Virus record (IMG/VR): IMGVR_UViG_3300007734_000753
Coordinates: 12,731-76,730 of that record
Source of the DNA: a virus
Reading direction: 5' to 3' (one strand)
Length of the DNA stretch: 64,000 bases
The notes under the pieces were generated by a model. That model did not search any database. It had not been told where the DNA came from and saw nothing but the letters and a program-made list of their open reading frames with translations. This document shows, piece by piece, positions 19,182 to 28,329 of this stretch. Positions within the stretch are counted from its first letter, which is position 1, and each line of letters begins with the position of its first letter. The translations under genes were made by a program, and so were the position numbers.

Positions 19182-19439
19182 ATGAATAACAAGATAAAAA
19201 TTCCTGTTGCTCGTTTGAGACAAATAATCCAAGAAGAAGTTTCTAGATTTTATGAATTAGATGAAGAGGAACAACAAGAAAACGAAAGTCTTCTTGAGGA
19301 AGATGAATTAGAAGAACAAGTTTCTTCAACTGAATTGACCAATAGACAAGTAGGAGCAGAAATCAGCACCGCATTACAAAAACTAAATTCAATGCCAGCT
19401 GATCAAGCAAGAGCAAAATTAAAAGGTCTAGGATTATAA
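19182..19439 (+). CDS. Acidic prohead core/internal protein
   Basis: LRQIIQEEV motif, Glu-rich, several LxE sites; directly upstream of the protease. Confidence 0.6.
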   Translation: MNNKIKIPVARLRQIIQEEVSRFYELDEEEQQENESLLEEDELEEQVSSTELTNRQVGAEISTALQKLNSMPADQARAKLKGLGL

Positions 19440-19440
19440 C

Positions 19441-20031
19441 ATGTCAGAGAAATTTGTACTAACAGAGTTTCTAGAACTATCAAATGATTCTTCACTATTG
19501 ACTGAAGCTGAAAAGCAAAAAGTTAATGAAGGCGAAGAATTTATTCTTGCTGGTGTAATGCAAAGAGCTGACGCCGAAAATGGCAATGGTCGTATCTATC
19601 CTCTTGATATATTAGAAAGAGAAGTTGAAAATTACAAGAAACTTGTAAGAGACAGCCGTGCTCTTGGCGAATTAGACCACCCAGACTCGCCCGTAATTGA
19701 GCTAAAAAATGCCTCCCATATGGTTACATACATTGAGATGCGTGGTAGAGATGTTGTAGGTAAAATTAGAGTTCTTGATACTCCAGCAGGGAAAGTTGCA
19801 AAAGAACTTCTAAAAGGTGGCGTAAAGCTAGGAATTTCTTCTAGAGGTCTTGGTTCAACAAAACAACAAAATGGTAAGACAATGGTTCAAGAAGACTTTC
19901 AATTGGTCTGCTTTGATCTTGTATCTGAACCATCAACAACTGGTGCCTTCATGTTGAAAGAAGGTATGCAACCCAATCTTTTCACAAAAGCAGATAGAAT
20001 CAATAGAATACTAAACAGTATAATAAAGTAA
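19441..20031 (+). CDS. Prohead protease (T4 gp21-like)
   Basis: NGNGRIYP, GELDHP, LGISSRGLGS and FDLVSEPST motifs. Confidence 0.93.
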   Translation: MSEKFVLTEFLELSNDSSLLTEAEKQKVNEGEEFILAGVMQRADAENGNGRIYPLDILEREVENYKKLVRDSRALGELDHPDSPVIELKNASHMVTYIEMRGRDVVGKIRVLDTPAGKVAKELLKGGVKLGISSRGLGSTKQQNGKTMVQEDFQLVCFDLVSEPSTTGAFMLKEGMQPNLFTKADRINRILNSIIK

Positions 20032-20035
20032 TAAA

Positions 20036-20488
20036 ATGAAAAAAGAAGAACTCAAAAAAGTACTGAAGCCCGTTATTGAAGAGTGCCTGAAAGAGCTAAT
20101 CTTTGAGAAAGGCGTTCTTTCTTCTATTATAAGCGAAGTGCAAGGCTCTCCTGCACAAGTTGTAACAGAAAACAAACAAGTTGCAAAACAATCATATCAG
20201 GAAAATGAACAAGAATTCATTAGAAAGAAATCAGCTGAAGCTCATAATAAACTTTATGAGCACAAAAAGAAGCTAATGGATGCTGTTGGCAAACAAGCAT
20301 ACGGTGGCGTGAACATTTTTGAGGGAGTTCAGCCAATTGATGAACCACCCGCCCCATCTCAAAGAAGCACCCCAAGCGCAATTGAAGTATTAGATCCCGG
20401 CAATACTGGTGGTATAAATTTAGGAAACATTCCCGGTATGGGCAAGTGGGGAAAAATTTTACAAAAAGTAAATGAATTGAAAGATTAG
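20036..20488 (+). CDS. Hypothetical prohead-associated protein
   Basis: MKKEELKKVLKPVIEECL resembles the recurring helical motif. Confidence 0.65.
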   Translation: MKKEELKKVLKPVIEECLKELIFEKGVLSSIISEVQGSPAQVVTENKQVAKQSYQENEQEFIRKKSAEAHNKLYEHKKKLMDAVGKQAYGGVNIFEGVQPIDEPPAPSQRSTPSAIEVLDPGNTGGINLGNIPGMGKWGKILQKVNELKD

Positions 20489-20496
20489 TCTATTTA
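20489..20496 (+). promoter_or_regulatory. Late promoter TCTATTTA
   Basis: Directly upstream of the bS21 RBS. Confidence 0.65.
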
Positions 20497-20511
20497 TAAG
20501 AAGAGGTTTTT

Positions 20512-20748
20512 ATGAAGAAAGGTCATGTACAAGTTAGTTTGGCAGAGTGTCATGGCGATACAAATCGTATGATCAAGAAGTTTATGAAGAAAGTCAAAAA
20601 CGAAAAAATCATTGAAGATTATCGCAGAAAAGATTTCTTTGAGAAACCTTCAATTACAAACGCTAGAAAGCGCAAAAGAAGAAAGAAAGTCATGCAAAAA
20701 CTAAATATGCAAAGACTTGCTTTAGATAACAGAACGGAGAAAAAGTAA
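20512..20748 (+). CDS. rpsU: Ribosomal protein bS21 homolog
   Basis: 78 aa; RMIKKFMKKVKNEKIIEDYRRKDFFEKPS..RKRKRR matches the bS21 pattern. Confidence 0.85.
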   Translation: MKKGHVQVSLAECHGDTNRMIKKFMKKVKNEKIIEDYRRKDFFEKPSITNARKRKRRKKVMQKLNMQRLALDNRTEKK

Positions 20749-20749
20749 A

Positions 20750-21193
20750 ATGCCCGGAAAAGTATTTCAAAATGATACAGGCATGTTGATGCACCAACCC
20801 GGTTTATCCAGCGTTGGCTCTTACCAAATGAGTGCAATTCCGTTTGCAACTTCTAGCTTGACTGTACCAGTAAATTCAGCTGCTCCATTGAAAATTCAAT
20901 TTCCTTATGTGACAAAATTTGTGACCGTGGTAAATGAAAATACTGGAACCAACGTCAATATGAGAGTGGGGTTCAGTGTGCTTGGTATTTCAGGATCAGG
21001 CACTAATTTCTTCTTATTAGACAATGGCGAATCATATACTGGAGAATGGAGAGTTGAAGACATATTTTTAATCTCTAATTCAACATCACAAACATCAGCA
21101 TCTGTTATTGCCGGTTTGACTCCAATCCCAAGAGGTATTCCCTCTTTTGTTTCCACTGGTAATAACTGGTCTGGTTCTGCTGGAGTGGGATAA
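20750..21193 (+). CDS. Putative virion structural protein
   Basis: Beta-rich, Ser/Gly-rich protein within the head operon. Confidence 0.55.
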   Translation: MPGKVFQNDTGMLMHQPGLSSVGSYQMSAIPFATSSLTVPVNSAAPLKIQFPYVTKFVTVVNENTGTNVNMRVGFSVLGISGSGTNFFLLDNGESYTGEWRVEDIFLISNSTSQTSASVIAGLTPIPRGIPSFVSTGNNWSGSAGVG

Positions 21194-21196
21194 TGT

Positions 21197-22183
21197 ATGA
21201 GAAGTGGATTTGGTGGATTTAATAAATTATCTCCTTCTGTTGGTAAATCAATAGCAATTGATTCTTACGGTAATCTTGAAACCGCATTACAATCAATTCT
21301 TGGCAATACAAATATACAAGTATTCACAACTGCTGTTCCAAGTTCAATAACTACAATAATAAGCGGCTCGACAACCGTTGTTAGTCGTTGGGATTCAATA
21401 ACCAATCCAACGGCAAATTGTCATCTAACTCAATCTACTTTGGCAAGTATGCCAACCTTTGATTCAAGTAAGCAATTAGGAAAGTATAATGGAGTTAGAT
21501 CTGTCGTAGATGATTCTTTAGCTCAATCAGCCACAACGGTGAATTCGGCGACACACACTTATATAATTTATGGTGTACATACATCTTATGCTGTATCAGG
21601 CGAAGATTATATATCATCTTATTGGATTGAGCCAGCAGCCCCATCACAAGTTATTTATGGTACGCCAAAAATTAGCAGTTATAATGCTGCTGCTGGTAAT
21701 GCGAATATCGCACTCGCAACAAAAACTGTCGCATTAAATTTAGGCTATAGAGCATATTCAGGTTTTGCTGGCAGCGCAGCAACAACCATTTTACCTAAAA
21801 CTAATTATTATAGAGTATTTGAATCAAGAATATTACCAAACAGAACTGGATCTATGGGAATATATGATTCTAATATGAATACCATAAATATAACAAATAT
21901 GGGAATTGTTTTTCCAGCTGGCAGTGCAACTCTTTTAACTTCAAATAAATCATATGTTACTTTTTCACCTTCTTCTTATTCGGCTTCATTGGCTGTAAAT
22001 CTCTTTACTAATGCTGATTGGGATAATTCTTTTGCTGGCGACACCTTCAGAGCAACAAGGCTTGGATTTTTACAAAGCTGTGTAGATGCTTCATTATTTA
22101 CAGCTATTTTTATTCCAGCAGTTATTACAGCAAATCAATCGGCAACAATAAAAACTCTACTAGATAAAGTATATGGTGCATAA
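21197..22183 (+). CDS. Putative head fibre/decoration protein
   Basis: Ser/Thr/Ala-rich; VSRWD...LTQST..MPT resembles a LamG-like fold entry. Confidence 0.5.
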   Translation: MRSGFGGFNKLSPSVGKSIAIDSYGNLETALQSILGNTNIQVFTTAVPSSITTIISGSTTVVSRWDSITNPTANCHLTQSTLASMPTFDSSKQLGKYNGVRSVVDDSLAQSATTVNSATHTYIIYGVHTSYAVSGEDYISSYWIEPAAPSQVIYGTPKISSYNAAAGNANIALATKTVALNLGYRAYSGFAGSAATTILPKTNYYRVFESRILPNRTGSMGIYDSNMNTINITNMGIVFPAGSATLLTSNKSYVTFSPSSYSASLAVNLFTNADWDNSFAGDTFRATRLGFLQSCVDASLFTAIFIPAVITANQSATIKTLLDKVYGA

Positions 22184-22413
22184 TGGAAATAACTTATTTT
22201 ATAAGAGACAATAATAATGAATATCCAGAACTTTGTTCTAAAGCTACTATAAAATTACAAAAAAACAATCAGATATATTATGGCGGCGTACAGTGGGGAA
22301 GTATACAACCATCAAATTGTGTCATTTATATATCAACTTTATTGGATAGTTTATCTTTTGATGATTGGATTGAAACAAACGGTTACAAAAGAGTTATAGA
22401 AGAACCAATGTAA
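22183..22413 (+). CDS. Hypothetical protein (possible fibre chaperone)
   Basis: TAATG coupling to the upstream gene. Confidence 0.55.
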   Translation: MEITYFIRDNNNEYPELCSKATIKLQKNNQIYYGGVQWGSIQPSNCVIYISTLLDSLSFDDWIETNGYKRVIEEPM

Positions 22414-22429
22414 TTTACAAAAACAACAT

Positions 22430-22437
22430 ACTATTTA
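22430..22437 (+). promoter_or_regulatory. Late promoter ACTATTTA
   Basis: Upstream of the scaffold and capsid genes. Confidence 0.75.
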
Positions 22438-22467
22438 TTATGTTATTTTATACGTGGAGATTAGTAC

Positions 22468-23757
22468 ATGAGTTCATTGATCGAACAAGCTATTCTAGAT
22501 GCCAAAGAATTAAAAGAGGCTGCCATTAAAAATGCGGAGCAACTTATCATTGAGAAATATGCCAATGAAATAAAAAGCAATTTAGAGCAGCTTCTTGAGC
22601 AAGATTTAGGCGCAATGCCAGCGATGCCCGCTGCACCAGCAATGCCGGGAACTGTTGCACCATCTCCACCACCAGTTGATCCAGCCAAAGCAAAAGCAGA
22701 CAAAGATAAGATTCCAAATCAATTGGAATATGCTGCTTTTGATGGTATGACAATTGGTAAAACAAAATATGCAGATCTAAATGAAGAAGTTGAAATTGAT
22801 CTAACTTCTCTAACAGAATATGAATTGAATCCAGAAAAAGGTCCAACCAAAAGAAATCTTCAAGAATCTTTTGACATATCAGAAGAAGCACTACAAGAAA
22901 TGCTTTCTGATTTAGACGCAGGTGGTGCAGATTATATGCACGAAGAAGAAGAGCTAGAAGAAGAAATGACTGGCATGGAAGATACAACCATGCCTATGTA
23001 CGAAGAAGAGGAAGAAATCTCAACAGATGATGACATGGATTTAATGTCGGCTGACGATTCTATGGATGATTTAGGCACCGATGAAGGTGCAGAGAGTGAT
23101 AGTTTATTGGCTTCTTTGTCCTCTGAAGAACCAGAAGAAGAAGAAATGGGAGACATTTCTGCTGAAATAGCCGAAGCTCTAAAGATTGATTACAACGAGA
23201 ACTATATCGCTGGTCGTGATTATGGGCTAGGCGCAAATACAGCCGAAGATACACATACTCTTATGCTTTCTAATCTCTATGATGAAGTTCAAGAGAAAGA
23301 AAAAGAAAATAAAGAACTAAAAGAACAAAATGAATTATTGAAGAAGAAACTTGCAGAAGCCGGTAAACTTATTGCTGAAGCTCACAAACAGCACTCTTCA
23401 ATCAAAGAATCCTTTCACTCGATGAAAGGTAAATTGGCAGAAGTTCAGCTTATGAACGCTAAACTTCTATATTCTAATAAGGTATTGACAGATGCCTCCT
23501 TGAATGAGCGACAGAAAAATAAGATTGTCGAGTCATTGTCAACTGCCGATTCATTAGAAAAAGTAAAAATCGTTTATGAAACCCTTCAGAGCGCAGTGGA
23601 GGACAACACCTCTTGGGCACCTAAATCACTGAGCGAAGCTGTATCAAAACGTTCTTCTTCTCTATTGATCAAAGCCAATAGAAAAGAAGATAAGGATGCA
23701 AATCCTGTAAGTGAAACACTTTCTAGAATGAAGATTCTAGCAGGTATTAATAAATAA
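22468..23757 (+). CDS. Prohead scaffold/core protein (gp22-like)
   Basis: Acidic coiled coil with many LxE sites, NAKLLY and terminal RMKILAGI; directly before the MCP. Confidence 0.8.
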   Translation: MSSLIEQAILDAKELKEAAIKNAEQLIIEKYANEIKSNLEQLLEQDLGAMPAMPAAPAMPGTVAPSPPPVDPAKAKADKDKIPNQLEYAAFDGMTIGKTKYADLNEEVEIDLTSLTEYELNPEKGPTKRNLQESFDISEEALQEMLSDLDAGGADYMHEEEELEEEMTGMEDTTMPMYEEEEEISTDDDMDLMSADDSMDDLGTDEGAESDSLLASLSSEEPEEEEMGDISAEIAEALKIDYNENYIAGRDYGLGANTAEDTHTLMLSNLYDEVQEKEKENKELKEQNELLKKKLAEAGKLIAEAHKQHSSIKESFHSMKGKLAEVQLMNAKLLYSNKVLTDASLNERQKNKIVESLSTADSLEKVKIVYETLQSAVEDNTSWAPKSLSEAVSKRSSSLLIKANRKEDKDANPVSETLSRMKILAGINK

Positions 23758-23782
23758 CCATTATTTTAAGGAGTAAATCAAA

Positions 23783-25606
23783 ATGGCTACTATTGTTGAA
23801 AGTTTAACAAGAGATATAGTCGATCGCGATCTCCGTAAAGAAGGTGCCAATCTCATTAAGAAATGGGAAAAGACTGGTCTTCTTGAAGGTTTGAGCGACG
23901 ACAGAGTAAAAAATACAATGTCGGTTCTATTAGAGAACCAAGCAAAAGAACTACTACGTGAAGCTTCTTCAATGTCCGCTGGTGACGTTGAAGGTTTCGC
24001 CGCTGTAGCATTTCCAATTGTACGTCGTGTATTCGGCGGTCTAATTGCAAATGAATTAGTTTCTGTACAACCAATGTCATTACCATCAGGTCTAATCTTC
24101 TTCCTAGATTTTACCTTCTCGGCTGACACTGGCGCTAGAACTCAATCAGGGTTTACTGCTGTAACTGCTTCTTCAGTATACGGTGGCGGCGTTGTTGGTC
24201 AACAAATCACTGGCGGTGTAAGCCTAACTGGTGCTAATGCCGAAACGAGCTTCTATGCTCTAAATAACGGCTACTCAAGCGCCACTGGCTCTGCGGCAAC
24301 AACTGTTGCTGCTGCAACCCCAGATGACCTTTTTGGTAGTGGTGATACAACATCACTACAAAATAGAACACTTGCTGTTATTACAGCAAGCGATGTTTTA
24401 TATTCTGCCATTCTAGGTTATGATGCCGATGAAGCTGCTCTAAATTCCGGAACAATCTATTCTGTTGTAAGCATTCCATTATCAAACCTAACTGGTTCTG
24501 GTGGTAATCCTTTTGACACCAACAACTTGATCGCACTCAATGTTGCCTCTTCTTCTAATGGTTTGATTACAAACCAAGCTGCTGGCACAACTCACAGCGT
24601 TGTAAGAAGATTGACAAGACTCAGTGCAGACAAGACCAAGGTTATTCTAACTGTAAAAAGCGCTGGTACCACACCAGCCAATCCAGTAAATACTTCTGGT
24701 ACTCCTGCATGTACTTTTGCAGTCAAAGATAAGTTCACCGCTGATACAACTAGATTCTCAATTTCTGAGCTTCTAGCTGCTGAAGGCGCTGGTTCTGGCT
24801 CTGTTGGTCCCGGCTTAGGTCAATCCTCTGGTGCAAATGCAACAATCCCCGAGATCGACATTAAGGTGGATTCAATTGCTGTAACTGCTCAAACCAAGAA
24901 ACTAAAAGCAAAATGGACTCCTGAGCTAGCTCAAGATCTAAATGCTTATCACAACTTGGATGCAGAAGTAGAATTGACTGGTATTCTCTCAGAGCAAATT
25001 GCTCTAGAAATCGACCAAGAGATTCTAAACGATCTAGTTAAGGGTGCCACCGCTGGTACACTTTACTGGTCACGTCGCCCCGGTAAGTTCGTAAACCGTG
25101 AAACTGGCGCATCAATTGCTTCAGCAGTTGCTCCTCCAGACTTCACTGGTAACGTGTCCGAATGGTACGAAACACTTGTAGAAACTCTAAACGACGTTTC
25201 TGCTCGTATTCACCGTAAGACACTACGCGGTGGTGCAAACTTCATGGTTTGCTCACCAGAAGTTGCTAACATCCTAGAGTTCACCTCTGGTTTCCGCGCT
25301 TCTGTATCTGCTGAAGAACTCAAAGGTAATTCAGTGGGTGCCGTAAAGGTTGGCTCAATGAGCAAGAAGTGGGACGTATATGTTGATCCATATTTCCCAC
25401 GTAACGTAGTACTAATCGGTCGTAGAGGCAAGGCGTTCTTAGAGAGCGGCTATGTCTACGCTCCTTATGTACCACTACAAGTTACCCCCACCATCTTTGG
25501 TGTCGAGGACTTCGTACCACGTAAAGGCGTAATGACTCGTTATGCCAAGAAGATGGTGCGCCCCGATATGTACGGTTTAGTAATCTGCGAAGATCTATTA
25601 GGCTAG
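23783..25606 (+). CDS. Major capsid protein (T4 gp23-like)
   Basis: LLENQ, VQPMSLPSGLIFFL, KLKAKWTPELAQDL, YAPYVPL and KGVMTRYA motifs. Confidence 0.96.
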   Translation: MATIVESLTRDIVDRDLRKEGANLIKKWEKTGLLEGLSDDRVKNTMSVLLENQAKELLREASSMSAGDVEGFAAVAFPIVRRVFGGLIANELVSVQPMSLPSGLIFFLDFTFSADTGARTQSGFTAVTASSVYGGGVVGQQITGGVSLTGANAETSFYALNNGYSSATGSAATTVAAATPDDLFGSGDTTSLQNRTLAVITASDVLYSAILGYDADEAALNSGTIYSVVSIPLSNLTGSGGNPFDTNNLIALNVASSSNGLITNQAAGTTHSVVRRLTRLSADKTKVILTVKSAGTTPANPVNTSGTPACTFAVKDKFTADTTRFSISELLAAEGAGSGSVGPGLGQSSGANATIPEIDIKVDSIAVTAQTKKLKAKWTPELAQDLNAYHNLDAEVELTGILSEQIALEIDQEILNDLVKGATAGTLYWSRRPGKFVNRETGASIASAVAPPDFTGNVSEWYETLVETLNDVSARIHRKTLRGGANFMVCSPEVANILEFTSGFRASVSAEELKGNSVGAVKVGSMSKKWDVYVDPYFPRNVVLIGRRGKAFLESGYVYAPYVPLQVTPTIFGVEDFVPRKGVMTRYAKKMVRPDMYGLVICEDLLG

Positions 25607-25630
25607 TCTACAGGGTAAATGAGTAATGGG

Positions 25631-25670
25631 TGAGGCACCGAGGGAAACTTCGGTGCCTTATCTATTTTTA
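25631..25670 (+). terminator. Rho-independent terminator after MCP
   Basis: TGAGGCACCGAGG-GAAA-CTTCGGTGCCTTA followed by a T-rich tail. Confidence 0.8.
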
Positions 25671-25680
25671 TAATAAAGAA

Positions 25681-25688
25681 ACTATTTA
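25681..25688 (+). promoter_or_regulatory. Late promoter ACTATTTA
   Basis: Upstream of the neck gene. Confidence 0.75.
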
Positions 25689-25704
25689 CCTTGAGGGTCT
25701 ATAA

Positions 25705-26949
25705 ATGTCAGCATTTCCTTTATTAACTCCAGTAAGCAATACAAACATATCTGCTTTATCTTCCTCTGCAACTCCAGCAAATGCAGCATCTTTTACATAT
25801 CCAATGGGAGTCTATACGACTAATGCTGCTTTCTTGAGTGGTGCTGCTGCTCAAGTTGCATTTGTATATCAAAGACTCGGTGGTGACATATTAGATATAG
25901 AATTGAAGAATGAAATGGTTTATTCTTCTTATGAAGAAGCAACTCTTGAGTATTCTTATCTTGTAAACCTTCACCAAGCAAAGAATTCATTACCCAGCCT
26001 ATTGGGCAACACAACTGCCTCTTTCAATCAATTGGGCGAAGTTACAACTGCTGGTTTGACGAATACACACGTTGAACTAAAATACCCCAATTTCCAAATA
26101 CAAATGGCTCGCAAAATTGCGAGAGGCTTAGAAACAAGTATTGGCATAGGCGGAACAACAACAATTTATACAGCCTCTTTTAACATTACCAATGGTCAAC
26201 AACAATATGATTTACAAAGTGTAATGTCGGCTTCTTATCCAAGCGTTGTTGGTAATAAAAGAGCAATTGTTACAAAAGTATATTACAAGACGGCAGTCAA
26301 CATCTGGAGATTCTTTGGTTATTATGGTGCCCTCAATGTTATTGGCAACTTATCAAATTACGGCATGTTTTCAGATAACACAACATTTGAGGTTGTTCCA
26401 ACTTGGCAAAATAAACTTCAAGCCATAATGTATGAGGATTCAATCAATACCAGAATCTCCCATTATTCTTATGATATAAGAAACAATATGATTCGTTTAT
26501 ATCCAACACCAGATACATTTAGCCCCGGAAAATTCTACTTTGAGTTTTATGTTCCACCAGAAGGCTGGGATGAAGACGAAACAAGAGTTGATGGTGTATC
26601 TGGTATAAACAATATGAATACTTTGCCATTTGCAAATATACCATATGAAAGTATCAACTCGATTGGTAAGCATTGGATTCGTCGTTATTCATTGGCAATT
26701 TGTAAAGAAATGCTTGGTCAAGTTCGTGGTAAATTCCAAGGAGTTATTCCAATTCCCGGTGACAAGATCACAATGAATGCTTCAGATTTATTAGGTCAAG
26801 CCAAAGAAGAAAAGCAAGCTTTGCGTGATGAACTTATGAAGATTCTTGATGAATTGACTTACGCAAAGATTGGTGAAACAACAGCCAAGATGATTGAGGA
26901 TACAAACAAAACTCTCAATGGTGTTCCATTGGGCATATTTGTAGGATAA
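25705..26949 (+). CDS. Neck protein (gp13-like)
   Basis: LGGDILDIEL and WIRRYSLAICKEMLGQVRGKF..IPG motifs; follows the MCP. Confidence 0.8.
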   Translation: MSAFPLLTPVSNTNISALSSSATPANAASFTYPMGVYTTNAAFLSGAAAQVAFVYQRLGGDILDIELKNEMVYSSYEEATLEYSYLVNLHQAKNSLPSLLGNTTASFNQLGEVTTAGLTNTHVELKYPNFQIQMARKIARGLETSIGIGGTTTIYTASFNITNGQQQYDLQSVMSASYPSVVGNKRAIVTKVYYKTAVNIWRFFGYYGALNVIGNLSNYGMFSDNTTFEVVPTWQNKLQAIMYEDSINTRISHYSYDIRNNMIRLYPTPDTFSPGKFYFEFYVPPEGWDEDETRVDGVSGINNMNTLPFANIPYESINSIGKHWIRRYSLAICKEMLGQVRGKFQGVIPIPGDKITMNASDLLGQAKEEKQALRDELMKILDELTYAKIGETTAKMIEDTNKTLNGVPLGIFVG

Positions 26950-26954
26950 AATAG

Positions 26955-27443
26955 ATGGCAAACAACAAATGGACAAGACCAGATGTTCGACCACCGAGGC
27001 TTTTTGCGGGGCAAAAAGAGAAAGATCTTGTCAAACAAGTCAACGACGAAGTTCTTGAAAGAGTTGTTGGACAGCCAATTCTTTATTATCCGCTGGATCT
27101 AACAACTTCTAATTATCATCCTTTGTATGGTGAGGCAATTGTAAAAAACTTTTTACCACCAATTAGGGTTTATGCTCTAGTTGATTATGAAAACTATATC
27201 ACTGAAATGACAGATTTTGGTCCAGATAAAAAGGTATCAATAACTGTGCGCTTCCAATATAGAAGACTCACTGAAGATCAAGACCTATTTGTTAGAGAAG
27301 GTGATATGGTTCTATACGACGGCTATTTCTTTGAGATTGTTTCATTAGATCAAAAAACAGTTCTTTATGGTGATTCTTATCCTCCATTTGATACCATTGC
27401 TAAATGCGTTCTAGCAAGAAAGGGAACTTTCAATGCAAGCTAA
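26955..27443 (+). CDS. Head-closure/neck protein (gp14-like)
   Basis: HPLYGEA and VREGDMVLY..FFEI motifs; gene order. Confidence 0.7.
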   Translation: MANNKWTRPDVRPPRLFAGQKEKDLVKQVNDEVLERVVGQPILYYPLDLTTSNYHPLYGEAIVKNFLPPIRVYALVDYENYITEMTDFGPDKKVSITVRFQYRRLTEDQDLFVREGDMVLYDGYFFEIVSLDQKTVLYGDSYPPFDTIAKCVLARKGTFNAS

Positions 27444-28263
27444 TATACTTACACCCTCAACGCTTGAAACAGTTGATATGGCTTTTTATAACTTTATCAA
27501 CGATAAAATAAATGTATTTGCGACAACAAATGAAGGCTTCAAAAAAGTTCCAATTATTTGGATAACAGCCGAGAGAGCTTTTCATATAAAAAATGAAAAA
27601 GAGATTAGAGAGATTGATTCACAGACTTTGGTTTATCCACTTATATCCATAGAAAGAATCTCAACAACAAAAACAAAACCAAACGACAGACCTTTACCGG
27701 GAAATAAATTTCCATATCCCGATTATAAAAAAGGCGTTGTCACAATTGCCAGACAGATAAATGCTGAAAAATCAAGAAACTTTACTAATGCTTTATCAAA
27801 ACAAATAAATGGTCAGCAAAATTCTAAAAATGTCCCACCAAGAACTGTGTATCAATATATCTCAATTCCATTACCAGTTTATGCAACAATGAATTATGAG
27901 GTCAAAATTCGCTCACAATACCAGCAACAAATGAACGAAATGATGTTGCCGTTCATAAACTACTCATCTGGTTGGAATTATTTTATGATTGATTATGAGG
28001 GTTTCAAGTATGAAACGTTTTATGATTCGGAGAGTGAATTCAAGTCAAATTCTTCTAATCAAGCAAACGATGAAAAGAAATATGATGCCAAGTTCAAGTT
28101 CAAGGTTATGGGGTATACAACAACTATAGGTGAGAATCAGCAGACTCCAACAAATGTGTATAGAGAAAATGCTGTTGTTGTTAGATTCCCAAGAGAAAGA
28201 GTTGTTCTAAACGAAACAAATGAATTTGTCAGCAATCCTCAAAACAAATCTTTTCGCCCCTAG
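27433..28263 (+). CDS. Tail terminator/sheath stabiliser (gp15-like)
   Basis: KVPIIW..ER, YPLISIER and PVYATMNYEV motifs; precedes the sheath. Confidence 0.65.
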   Translation: MQANILTPSTLETVDMAFYNFINDKINVFATTNEGFKKVPIIWITAERAFHIKNEKEIREIDSQTLVYPLISIERISTTKTKPNDRPLPGNKFPYPDYKKGVVTIARQINAEKSRNFTNALSKQINGQQNSKNVPPRTVYQYISIPLPVYATMNYEVKIRSQYQQQMNEMMLPFINYSSGWNYFMIDYEGFKYETFYDSESEFKSNSSNQANDEKKYDAKFKFKVMGYTTTIGENQQTPTNVYRENAVVVRFPRERVVLNETNEFVSNPQNKSFRP

Positions 28264-28281
28264 TATTTAGCCTAATAATAA

Positions 28282-28289
28282 ACTATTTA
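28282..28289 (+). promoter_or_regulatory. Late promoter ACTATTTA
   Basis: Upstream of the tail sheath gene. Confidence 0.75.
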
Positions 28290-28329
28290 TAAAAGCAAAT
28301 AAGCTTCTATAAAAGGGAGATCTTCTAAT

